Of a stretch of DNA of 64,000 nucleotides, positions 28,101 to 41,118 are shown piece after piece. The number at the start of each line of letters is the position of its first letter. Position 1 is the stretch's first letter. Source of the DNA: Phoronis australis (Eukaryota > Animalia > Phoronida); contig NMRA01000062.1 in NCBI GenBank assembly GCA_002633005.1, forward strand, positions 791,981 through 855,980, written 5' to 3'. Both the position numbers and the translations under genes were made by a program. The notes beneath the pieces were generated by a model, which was not told the DNA's origin, searched no databases, and saw only the letters and a list, made by a program, of their open reading frames with translations.

Positions 28101-29307
28101 ACCAGGCAATAACAACAAAGGAGCTTAAAATTCGTGAGGCTTTACACATCAGTTGGTGCAAGCCCAATCTAAATAGGCAACTGACACACCACAGGTTGTC
28201 ATTGTTGGTCTGACTGTATCTGTGCTTCATTTCTTGCTGCTGGGCCAAGCTAGGTGGCCACTGTATTATCACTTCTAAGGATGGTGTTGAATGAATGACA
28301 CCGAAACATGTCAAGTTTTAAAACCGCTGTTGTTTTCTTGAATATATGCTGCTACTTGATATCATGGAGAGCTTACGGAGGAGTTAAAAATCTGAAAAGC
28401 TTTCAGAAAATCTGGCAATATTTAGTGGGATACCACTATATATTAGAAGCGTGTCATTGAAAACAAAGGTGTTCTCATTTTCTTTACGACTGAAACGACA
28501 CGACCAGCGTCCAAGACAGATCCCGAACTTCCTATCATTACTTATTTTCGAAACAATAGAAAATTATCAATTGTTAACTTAGTTGCAATGTTCGTCATTT
28601 TCACATTTTTTTCGCATTGCAGCCATCGCAACTGGTCCCCATGTTAGATATTTGGTTGCCATGGCAACGTTTTTCAAGATATACATATGCATATACCACA
28701 CCAGCCCGTAAAGGCAGTGCAGATCTGGAAGTATCCACGAACCTGCTTCTTGAGCTGATTGGGAGCGCCCTCCGAGCTACATGTATGATAGAATCCCCAG
28801 ATCTGCCATGCCTCCGACGAATTCGCAATGAACGAGTGCCATGCTGGCGGTCTCAAACGCACGTGTGGGCATTCCATATTCAAGACACACGTCATGTTTG
28901 GATTTGAGCACATCGGTGTTATCTATACAATGCCCCGATTTTTACAATAATGCGCTTTATTTCAAAATTGTAACATATTGTGCAGCAACGTGTGTACGAT
29001 CCCTATTACAGAAACGGATTCATATATGATTGACAGTGACATGCTTCACACAGCATAAAGAAACTAAACCCATTGCTATTCTCATCTGTTTTAACAGGTA
29101 TGAAAATATACTAGTCTGTAATTTTACAGTACATGTATATATGTCGTCGTATTTGCACAAATAGACATGATCAATTACCAGCCAACCATACAACTGGGTA
29201 TTTGCCTTGAAGCAATTTACATGTACAGTGTGAAACGACACAATAAAACATATCTACAGTGTGAAACGACACAATAAGACATATCACAGTTAAAACGTGG
29301 CATTGGC

Positions 29308-29616
29308 AACCACCGACAACAGACAACTGTCTCTTGACAACCACCAACACCCAACTGTATCTTGACAACCACCAACAGCCAACTGTCTCGTCACAACCAC
29401 CAACAGCCAACAGTCTCTTGAAAACCACCAACAGCCAACCGTCCCTTGACAATCACCAACACCAAACTGTCTCATTACAACAACCAACAGCCAACTGTCT
29501 CTTGACAACCACCAACAGCCAACCGTCTCTTGACAACCACCAACAGCCAGCTGTCTCTTGACAACCACCATCAGCCAACCGTCTCTTAACAACCACCAAT
29601 AGCCTACTGTCTCTTG
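29308..29616. repeat. 28-bp minisatellite, ~11 copies
   Basis: Unit ccaactgtctcttgacaaccaccaacag, preceded by a 31-bp duplication at ~29224-29286. Confidence 0.92.
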
Positions 29617-29735
29617 AAGGCAGTTTGGAGCAATTATCGGCTTGGCCTGTTCTAGCTTGACGCTGTGAAGGGGAAACAAAGAACAGACATGACTGCCAAT
29701 CTTGCTTTTAGTTATGTTGAGATACTGTACTAAAA

Positions 29736-32700
29736 TTAAATTTCGTCTGCTGAACAACACTCATTAAATTAGATTCCTAGAACCTTGGAGGCATCACGCC
29801 TCCTTCAAAGGGAAGATGCTACATAAGATTGGCGGGGACCGCCAGCTTAAGATAGTACAATCAAGGTTTTCACAAGTACACAAGTACGCAGTAGACTTAG
29901 GAAACTTAGATGAGTCCCTATTTGGGACTGTTTCATGCAACCGGGTACAGACATACTGGTTGAAAATTTTAGGACATTTAGGAACTTACTGAGAAATTTA
30001 GGAAAAGAAATTTTAGGCTGAATTCCAGTGAGACGTTGCTACTTAGATCCCGAGCTTTTGTGCTTTTCGTGGAGTTAAAGGAAAACCTTTCGTTGACAAA
30101 CTATTACCTTGCATTCATGTAATTACAATATGCTTCAAGAGAAAGTTTGGTGTAGTTAATCTTGACTTAACAAATAATCAAATCTCGAGTTGTCATTTCA
30201 CTTACGGCTCTGATTTGTTTCTATAGGTTGTATATGGCTTCCATAAAGGTTGCCGGGCGTTTTGTGTGATGAATAGCTTCCATAGTCGCTGTTTGGAGGA
30301 GGAACGTAGTAACCAACAGTCGGTTGATTGTTTGCATGGCAGGGGTCACTGGTAGGGTAAGAGCCACTAGCAGAGTATGGAGGTGGTAAGTAAGGTGGGG
30401 GTTGGCTGGTAGGGGGAGCCGTGATCGCTGGGAGGACATGGGGGTTGTGGCTTTGTGCTCGTTCTATCTGTGCTGCAGTTGATGACTGGGTGGACTGAAA
30501 CCGCACATCCATCCTAGACCCTGAAATATCAACAATATCTAACTTACAAAATTTCAATTTTGGCCAGTGATAGCCGGAAATGCTGCTCGAATGAAGTTCA
30601 GCGAAAGGTCTACATGGCGGTATACATGTACGTACGCACAATGTATATCGAAATATGAGTGCACATGTACTCGTGAAGAAGTCTGCTGTTTAGTTTATCG
30701 AATCAAATTTTACGGATTGGTGGGTATGAATAACAGACGGAAGCTATTATTGATTGGCTGGTATGCTGAACGTGAATGACGTAATCAATCCAAGCATCAA
30801 CTCACAACAGTATGAAGCAAGGCTACCCAAAGATTGCAATTGTACGTGATAACGGAAAACCACAGTCCGTGCCTTTTGCTTTCTAGAATGGACGCAAAGC
30901 TCATACATGTCAATTACGGGAATTACATATTTGCTACGTTTTTTGTCGTTTCTGTAGGGCTACAGCGTACCGCCAAAATGCTACGTATTAAAACGCGTTT
31001 TTTCCGCTGTTCATAATTAAGTTTTCAAATCTTCGCATTGGCTTTTATTGGCAGTCTGTTTTGTCGAAATAATCTCTTATCACGAGCCTTGCTCGACAGG
31101 AGTTACCAAAATGTATAACATCACTCACAGTACCACATTTATAAACAAAGGCTGAAGTGCAAAAATCCCTGCCTTGCACTGCTTAAAAAGGAAATTGCAT
31201 TATACATTTCCTCTGAAAGGTATGTATACATAATCAAAATGAAATGCGATGAATTCGTAGAGCGCTGGCAAGGTCATGACATGTTTTGCATATAATTAAT
31301 GAATCATGGTTTCTACTTGTTTTAATGTCAAATTAGCTTGTACATATCAGCACTGTAAGTTGATCTTAACTGATCCTTGACTAAAGAAAAAAGTTTTTGT
31401 ATTGCCGTGGAGACACTGTAATGGTGTTATGTGTACAGTGCCCATTATATTGAACGAAAAAATAAAAAAACAGTCACAGTTCTCTAATACTTAATAATTC
31501 ATGCAATGCATTTTGACACCTAACCATATTTTGACTCATTTTTGTCAATGCTATGGTTTGCCAAGGTTTATTTTTACAAAATTGCTATAGTTAGAGCAAA
31601 AATGTTTGACAGGTATGAAAACATTACTACGACCGATTACCTTCAGGTATATGTGTGTGTGTGCGCGTGTGTGTGTGTGTTTGTGTGTGTGTACGTGTGA
31701 GTTTGCGTGTACATGATTTGGTGAAGGCAATGTGAGAGACTTACCCACTGTACGCCTTTTAAGCTTACAATGACCCTTTTTCTTCAACCAGCAATAAAAT
31801 TGCGCGCTGATAACGATGAGTACTATTACGCCTCCCAGGACAATGCCAGTGACCATTCCAGGACTGAAAGTAGACATGGATAGCTTTCAGTATTATTGAA
31901 AAAACAGTAGCCGTCATTCCACGGCGAAGTTTTACTGACAGTGACTGAGATAAAGCTACATGTAAACAACATTAAGATAATTACGATTATGAAACTTACT
32001 TGTCTCCGAATCTGCAGCAGTACTCTGCATTTGCTTCCCCGCAGCAATAGGAGTGGCTGGCCGGTTCAAACGGTAGAGGGCACTGGAATATGCCTAGGTA
32101 CGTGCCGTTTGAGTTGATCTCGTAATTCTTACAAATACCAGACCCTGAAGAAACGAATTGGATAGCATAGATCTATTGTCATAACTTGCGCGAAACTAAG
32201 CAATTTCGTTGGCTTTGTCATTTCATTTTGTAGTAAAGGACACATTGTTTTGGCAAAATGGCCGCTATAAATTACTATGATCACTCAAATATTCGAAACA
32301 GTTATTTTCCGGTCATCTTGTCAACCCTCAAGTTTGGAGCGGATTTGAAAATTCCTTACAAAAATTGTTCGACTAGCAAGCGTGGTTACGGGCAAAGGAT
32401 CAACTATTGAGTGCCATGCGGAGAGTTTCAAGACGAAAAATAAACTTGTCTCTCACGGGAAGTACTGATTTGGCATAAAGCAGGTGACAAAACAAATTTG
32501 GGCGTAATCCTTAAAACAGAGTTTAGTATTTAACACCATTCGTGTCTTAACCAGCTAAGAAGTTTGTCAGTAGCTTTACGAAACTAGGTCGGTCAAACAA
32601 TGCGTTCATGTATGTACTGTAGTTTCTGCACTGGCCGAAGAGATGGAAATATATCGGACATTAAATGACAATTGCCAGACTGCAAATGGAACTGCCCTGA

Positions 32701-35700
32701 AAAGACTACGTAAATGTAAAGAGTATGTGAGCAACGACTTTCAAGGTTTTGCATCGGCATTTGCGTCAGAATTGAATGGATCTTTTGGTAGAGACGGGGA
32801 AAATAGTGTAGGGTCCCCTATCTTTCGCCTTACATCCGCCTAGGTTCCTAAACAACAGATGGTCTGGGAATGAGACGAAGAAGAATTCTGGATAGCGTTA
32901 TCCTGTTTTGCTTAGCAACTTATCTTGAATGATCCGACAACACGTACTTGTTACGAATGTATCAATTTAATCTGTCGGTATATTCAGTTACTCGAAAGGC
33001 ACTTCTGAACTTACAGCCAATCGAAATGGCCGAATGTCAACTTTCAGCCAATCAGAACGACCGAGTGTTACTTCTTCATGTCACCAATGAGAACCCAGAA
33101 TCATCGACATTTCGCAGTGCTGCACTCCTCAAGATGATGCTGTCAATCGCTGCATCGCAAACGAGGCCTGTTTGTTCAATGTTGACCCCCACTCAATACC
33201 TCCTCTACAGCCCATTTCATTAAGAACGAGTAATGTACCTGACTCGGGTATTCGATGACTCGCTCTGTAGGTAGCGTAGCTGTAGTAGTAGTAGCGATAG
33301 ATGTACGAGTAATAATACAGAGACGGTGATAGGTAGGTCGAGTAGCGACTGTAGCGGACGAGTGAAGAATCATAATAGTTAGTTTGACTGCGGTAGCTAC
33401 TGGACCTGTGGTAACAGAAACACGTAAATAGGCGTGCAGTATAGTGCAATGAAAAACATCGCCAGGCGCACTGTCTCGTTTGAGAACTGGCAGAAATATG
33501 CTATCTGTGATGTTTTACTTGTCTTTATTTTTTCACGAGATATGCGTTTTTTAGTAGAAAATTGTTTTGACTTTAAACAGAGATTTTCAATTTTTTTTCT
33601 CCTCCAGTCATATTGGTTTTTTGTCAACATGTTGATAACAGCATTTTCGATGGAACCGTGTCTCGGATTTTTGAAAAAGGTCTTAGTTTTTTAATTATCT
33701 ACTTTTTAGGGCATTTTGAACAAAAACGGCCGTAACCTTGATCTTTGAAAACTTCGTTCCGAAAAACTAGTTTAGTGTGAAGTAAAAAAAAATCAAATTC
33801 TAAATGTTTTCTACATTCAAAAAAGTAACGTTGCTGTATGGATAATTATAACAGTTTGGTTGGATGAACAAACTTGTCGATAAGGTCATACATACAAGAT
33901 GTTCAAAGTTTGGAGTGTTTACTTTTGTCCCAAACCCCGCTTTCAACACATTCAGCAATGCAAACAAATTTCAAATTATTGCGACTTTCACACCCAATAC
34001 ATTATTTGCACTAACTACATTAATCAATAGCCTGAAGGTGAGATCAATAAGTTCCTCAACTTTACATGAATATTGTTCTCCGTGTAGACATGTGTTTGGG
34101 CCGAGCCCGGCGTTTGGCGTGCCCTGAACTCAAGTCAACTATAATGTAGTTTCACCAGACACGCATTGCCTAGTCCTATTTTCTTGCTGAAGAAAAACAA
34201 AACTCGCGAGATATCGCCTTGTATCGCAAGCGAAGCACGTGATCACGCAAGCTTCCGTAGCGAGATTATTGAGTCTACGAAACACTACCTTCTTTCGTCT
34301 CTAGTCTTACTTGAGTATGGGAACGAGATAAAACTCATTTGAGGATAGTTTACTCAGCGAAGCTCCATAGACGAGACGCTGGTCACTGCGTGACACGCGG
34401 CACATGAGCGACTCCTGTGTACAGTTAGGCACCCGGCACACTCCGCAGCATTAGTACCTATTGTGTGACTTAGACAGCACTTTTTTGGCACAGAAAAGTA
34501 AATTTTTGTTTACCTAGAGGGGAAATTGTTCCAAAACTTTTCAGAGAGACGGTTCTGATAACATTTATTGTGACGTTATTGTTATCAGGATTTAAGAAGA
34601 AATTTTGATTTCTCGACCACTACATATTCGGCAAAGCTTTATGAACATGAATTTTACAAAAGATCGATAAGAAAACCGTAAATTTTGCTGCTTGGAGCAA
34701 ATAGGTTTAATTTTTAGCAGAGATAGAATCGAATTTCAACGCCTTATTGTTACTAAAGTTGCTCTAATTTGAGTTGCGCCCATTGAAAATTATATGTTGT
34801 CGACTTGTTCAATACGACATGCACCTCTGCGTCGACGGAGCTTGGTTGAGTTTGTCAAACAAATGCAATTCTGTCATTCGTTGGTTTAAAACTTGTTTAA
34901 TCAAAAATTACATGTCACTTTCTCACAAGCAATCCTGCTATGTGAACATTCTCTGCCTAACTCACTGCTAGACCTACTACGATTAGCAAGAATAGTTGAA
35001 TTCGTGAGTGCGGCATGAGACTAAAACGTCAACACAGTAATTTGTCGGCAATCTTCTCAAAGGAAACAGTCCCTCTTTCATTTTAAGTAGAACACTACGT
35101 GCGAAAATTCATTTAAGAAATTATTCTACGAAACTTTAAAATTACTTGAATAAATCTCTTTGCCAGTCATTTTGTTTCTTTGCCCAACTTTTTCTCTCTT
35201 TGTTCTACTGATTCTTACAATTATTGGGGATATCAGCCCCCACGACTCTCCAACCCAGAAGTTATCCCTCCCTCCTCCCCCCGATCGCCATGTACATGTT
35301 CATCAACAACGTAAACTCACCTGTAGGTAGAAGACCGATATGACGATCCTCGGGATGTACCACCTCGAGCACGAGCGTTGGTTTCACCTGTGATGAAGAC
35401 CATAATTCCAATAATCAAAAATCTTATTGCAGTGTACAGTACGGTAACTCTTGGAGCTTGTATGCAGTAGTGTACCACTTCGGATATACTGTATGTAATG
35501 AATGGCACGTGTTAGCGTCGACTCGTATCCCATGGAGCTCGACTGATATTTCCGACGGGAGTGCTCCGCTGCGAATTAAAGTACAGTTGCAGATCCAATT
35601 TTGTAGAAACGATTCTATGTGCAGGGTATCCTTTTGTCAATAGGCTTTCGTGAAAAAGCTACCTTTCGTAAAATTGTTGCCGTGGCATTAGTTTTTTGAA

Positions 35701-38700
35701 AGTCGAGTGGAAGCAATTACTTCAAGGAATTCGCACCATTTTCATGGCAAAACTGATAAAAATGCTGTTTCAGAGTCTCGTGTATCAGCTGGAACAAGTC
35801 AATATTTACATGTACTGTACATCTAGGTTAATCAAGCTCTTTGACGGACTTTAACACAGCTAAGATTTTTGTACGTTCTCTTTGGAATTGGTGACTTATA
35901 ATCCCAAGTTGTGGCTGGGTAGCAACTGCTACAGGTCACTAAAATAAATGATTATTGATTGATTGATTAATTGATTGATTGATATTTAAGCCAAATCTTT
36001 CGCCCAAGTTAATGCCTTGCTGCAGTGAATGCTGTTGTATACAGATCAAGATGATACACGTCTAGAGTTGGCTTTTTCTTAACCCATGCGATTTTCTGTC
36101 ACCGCCACGGGTGGAATTCAGTTGCTTTAAAATATTTATTATAATATTCTACACTTTTTGATATTCAGCAAATCGTATATGTACATGGTGAAAATTATGT
36201 TTGGGTCTCTACAGACGGGCACTGAAAATTTTCAAAATATTCTCATCGTTGTTTTTAATTATTGGCAATTATTTTGTAACCGAGCTACGCATTTCAAGTT
36301 TACATAGCGTTCTTGTTTCTAATAAGAATCCAAGCTTCAAAAACCTAAACGAGTGACGAACATTAATCCGACTTGTTTCAGGACGTGCAACAATACCCTT
36401 GTGACAGTTACTTCTTTTAGTAAGACTATTTTCTATTGTCCGATTCCCTGCAGCGAGCTATATGTGGACCCATCATACCTATTGTACGTTGGCACTCACA
36501 ATTAGCTTGCAACATCCTAATTGCACTTATAATTAGGTTGCTATAGTAACGATAAATATCTGCAATATCACGAGCTTCAGGTTTCACACTATTAAAAAGC
36601 TACCTATAAATCGGGCTTTGTATCACATCCGAGACCTGTACATTGAGCCCGAAATGTTAAGTAATAAAATGTCAGTTTTGGTAACGGTATTTTGTGTCCG
36701 GCTCTGACGGGGATAGTTGCAAGGCCAGATCGGAGGGTACTCTTATAACCAGAGGTAACTGGCAAAGTACATGTAGTACTGTGTGTTAACTATTCTGCTC
36801 AGCTCCACCTGCCTCTCACAAACTGTGACATGCATTTGCAATTACGCGATCATTTTTTCGTTCAATAATTATGCATACTTTACTAGTCTACTTAAAAAGA
36901 ATTTTCAAATCTAGCCGACATTTTGGTCGTTAGGATTACTGAAGCTGGTGCGCTCACTATGAAAAAGGCATTCGAAGAAAACATAATTAAGTTCTTATAT
37001 CTTCAATATGCCTTATTGGTTTCTGAACAGCGAGCACAAAAAGGTATATCCGGCTGGATCTGGGACTCCCTGGGAGCTGGTTGTGGAAGAATTCATCCAC
37101 GCTGGATTAGGGAGTACCCCTCGACTGGTTTTGGGTATAGCCTACCACACGAGCTGACTATTGAGGTAACCTCGGATCTCGCTGTTTGTTTTACCACCTT
37201 CCAGTCGGATCCGGGAGTAGCCCAAATTGCTCCTCTGGATGCCACCCGAGGTGCCTATGGAAGTACACGCCGACTATTGCTTGAAGTGTCGGGAGTACTC
37301 CGACATGGCTTTTCAGTACACGTGGGCTGGCTGTTGGAGTATTCCCGAGCTGGGAGAAAATCTCACCCAGTTTGGCCTCGTAGGTTCCCCCGATATGGTC
37401 TAAATAGTTGGCTATGGGAGTGCCCCTGCCGAGGTACCCACGGGAACAACCCTTGGACCTGTACCAGCTTTTGGTTTTGTAACAAATCGCTGTTTTCCAT
37501 ACTGGACCGTCATTTGGTGCAACTTCATGTTGTAATTATAATCAAACGGGCCGTTGTATTATATCAAATACATCGGGGCCCACCAGATGAAAAATCATCG
37601 CATCATGGAAAGGATTCACGAACTGTATCGGTGCCTTCATTAACGTGTAGGTGATCAAATCGAATCTCTGTGAGTCTTACGGTGAAGAATACGTCTTGGC
37701 ACACGGTAATCTGAAGCAACACCGGCATCGAAAAGAGAAGGCTTTTAAGTCTAAAAATACTTAACGCGACTCTAATCTTACCTTCTGTCACAGAAACACT
37801 ACCTTTAGTTTAGACAACTTGCCGTTGTGAAGTAGGAAATGTTCCTTAGTCAATGTAGACATGATTTGGGGTCTTGCAAAGAGCTGACAGTTCGTTATTG
37901 CTTGAGACGTCATGCTGAACATTCCTATTCTGTGCGAACTCAAGATAAGTGTGCTTGAGGTCACCTTAAGTTTTTTGCAAATGAATCTCTAAGTTAGCAC
38001 TTGACAATCCCTGCATTCGAGCTAAAACTGGAGTAAACACTTGTGTTTTTTAACAAAACTCGAAATTTTGAGTTAAGACTCGAACTCTTAGTCTCAGTGA
38101 AGGGGTTTTTAAGTGCAAACTAAGATTAAACCGTTATCCACGAAAGCCATTATTTACTCGAGCACAGAATAATGGACATTCATTTTGTTTGAGTTCGTAC
38201 CAAAGCACAATAGAATTAAATTCCCAAAATAATTTCGAGTTCAATCTCAAGTAAAAAGACTAGACCTAAGACCCAGGCGCACGTTCGTAGACGCGAGATC
38301 ACGCAAGACGTCGCGAGATATCGCCATGCATTAAGATCGAGACACGTGATCACATTAGCTTCCTTTGCCAGATTTTTACGTCTACGGACCAAAGACTACA
38401 CAAGTTGACTTGTCACGGCGTGTCATTTTATTCGCGGAGCATGATCTCGGGCAGTTACGAATTGTTAGATTTTTGGAAGACCTAAAATCATTTCATCTTG
38501 AATAAGTAACAAGTTAAGACGATTTTTCAGTTTCAGAATTAATTGGTTTAAATTCGGGGAACGCGATTTTATAGCCATTTTAAAAGATCTCTGATATTCT
38601 CACCGACTCCAACATTGCATGAAATAAGCATACATCAAATGGGTCATTGACTGGAACAATAATATTACATTTATCGATCCATCACTTTCATACGAATATA

Positions 38701-38901
38701 CTAAAGAGTCATAGTTACGCGATGGTTGTGTTTACTGACAGTGTACGAAGCGAATGTCTTAGTGTGTGCACTCGGCCAAAAGAGGAACATAAGCACACTG
38801 ACAACAAATTGTAACAGAATGGTTGAATAGTAAAAATTTTTACCTGAGAAAAACCCAAGTGATCCAATGAAAAGTGACAGAGTCCACTTGATGACGTCCA
38901 T
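29736..38901 (-). CDS. Shisa-like (STMC6) single-pass membrane protein, copy B, ~294 aa; exons 38901-38844, 35387-35321, 33405-33239, 32144-32000, 31863-31745, 30520-30206, 29749-29736 (last exon tentative)
   Basis: Signal peptide MDVIKWTLSLFIGSLGFFSG-ETNA; RGG/SYR-rich exon; Tyr-rich exon; Cys domain CKNY..GTYLGIFQCPLPFEPASHSYCCGEANAEYCC; TM MVTGIVLGGVIVLIVISAQFYCWL; PPPY-rich tail. Splice phases 1,2,1,2,1,1 are identical to copy A. Confidence 0.88.
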
Positions 38902-41118
38902 GTTCCAGTGTGTTGTGAAGACTGTTTCCGCAGATTGGTCATAGAGGGCGCTTGACCTCTTTTACAAATTATGCTGTCAATCACTAGGTGGCGAGACCAG
39001 CTCGACTGCGAGTTGTCAGTGTTGAGAAGCACCTACTGTAAAAATGCTTAAATAATTGTAAGACTTTGTCTCAAATACACTATCCCGTCGGCTCAACCAC
39101 GCGTTCTTTCATGCCCCCTCGTGCTTCACTGGACTAAGTACAACGAGCGTCGGGGAAACCTCTGTCAACGCCACCGGGAAATCACCTAGCGTTAAAAACG
39201 CGCTCAGCATCAGCTAAATACATAAAATTGAAAGTGTGTACAAGTTGAAGTTATTGGCTCTATTGGAAAAGAATTATTAGCCAGAGTTTGAGAACTGTTT
39301 CGGGAGATCCACCTTGCATAAATTTTCCCTCATCAAGGAAGAATTCTTTAGCAAAACGTGTGTGTGTCTATTCAGTCGAATGGGTGCAAAACAACTGTAT
39401 GAATGATGGCCAAATTCCATTTGATATAAATGTTGAAATCTCCAAATATTTTTCGAAATTATAAGTTCATTCTATTCGTTTTATGTTTTTCATGAAAATC
39501 CTAAAAGTCCTATCTTTGATAGACGGTCCTGTCATTGGGGTGTTCTTGCGGTGTTTATAGTTTTAGTCAAAAAGGGACATCGCCGAGAACGGTAACTTTC
39601 TGAGACCAGCCTCAGGGCAGGTTCGAGCCTGGAATGCCGCACTTGAACCCCTTCAAAAAAAAACGCTCTGTTGGAAGAGCTTAATCTCAGTGAATATCTG
39701 GCAGACAACGGCGAAAGTTGGTGATTTGCAATAAAATCCCCAAATATACTATACACTTTGTTACTTGGTAGCTCTGGTCTCTGGTCGTAGGTATTTTACA
39801 TTGCATTGTGAGTAAACCAGTTTATTTCATAACTTAGATTATCAAAAGATAACATACTCGATACAGAACACTCAGTAGTCAATAAGAAAGACAATGTCGT
39901 ATGAATATAGAAATCAAACAATTTACAAATAGTTTTTCCACATAAAGAAGGATGCGCGTCTATATACATTGTGTTATTTGATGACTAGGATTCAGCAAAA
40001 GTATCACACAAACACGTCAACAGTTTGGGATGTGTCATTTAATCATATTTTACTCAGTTGTTGTGGATTTACTGTGTAACCACACATCTGAGCTCCAAAT
40101 ACATGTATATCATTAACATTTTAAAAACACTTGACACTAATCATGCCTCCAGAGATGTATAAAAAATTAAGAGTCACTTCACGTGCCAACAAGACAAACC
40201 CTATATTTTTGAAATAAAAAGGTAGTTTGTAGGCTTGCATCGAGTGACAATAATATCCATTGAATAAACCTTGGAAAGCTGGACGCCTTAACGATTTCCA
40301 CATTTTCAATCATCAGTCCATAAAAATTGAAATAACAAGATTACTACTAAAACATAAATAACTAATTCTGTCCTAAGAAACCTTGAATGTTTTTAACTCG
40401 TGAGTTTTGTACACACCTGAAGCTAACTTCTCGGGTGTTTTAATTACCAAGTTTTTCTGACAAATAACAAACCTTGTGCGAGTAAATTCAAAGAGAAAAT
40501 GCCAGAGGAGATACGAATTGTCCTTGTCACAGAGCGTGGTTTAACATGCTTAGCCACTAAACAACTTCCTTGAGCAATGAGATGCTATGATGTAGATGTA
40601 CATTCTTGAGGACCGTATAAGTATGTTCGTTATACGAATAGTTGGTATTGTTAACAGTTTAAGTTATATAAAGATTGCCTGGAAGACAAAATAACTTTCC
40701 ACTAGACAGAATACAAGAACAATTTCAAAGGTGCTTGAATTTGTTCAAGTTGAGTGCAAGACATTTTACACTTTTACTCTCCACAGATGAAAAGGAAGTG
40801 GCGGTTATGACCAGCATGACATCATTAAGTTTAAACACAGCACGTAATGACACAGGTAGTGTCGTTTTCAACTAATACACTTCAACACATAATTAAAACT
40901 CCATAGCATAAAAGTCAATGTTCGTGAGACGTCATGTTCCCAGAATCTTTGATTTTTCCTGATTTTTTCATGCAGTGTCTCTTAGAAACAATTAAAGCTA
41001 CTGAGTCAATATCACAGTTTCCATAAATTTGCCGTTAGGCTTGTACATAGTCTTCAACACTACTTCGATTGTCTTTTCTCCTCTGATCACACGAAGTCAG
41101 TCAACTTTGTTAACTTCA

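Noticed and set aside
29290-29760. 156-aa repetitive ORF, or a CRISPR-like array
   Set aside because: Head-to-tail 28-bp minisatellite with no unique spacers, in a eukaryotic context. The unit is not a multiple of 3, so the ORF is incidental.
36923-37654. 243-aa plus-strand ORF as a gene
   Set aside because: Non-ATG start, no recognisable domain, antisense within an intron of Shisa-like B.
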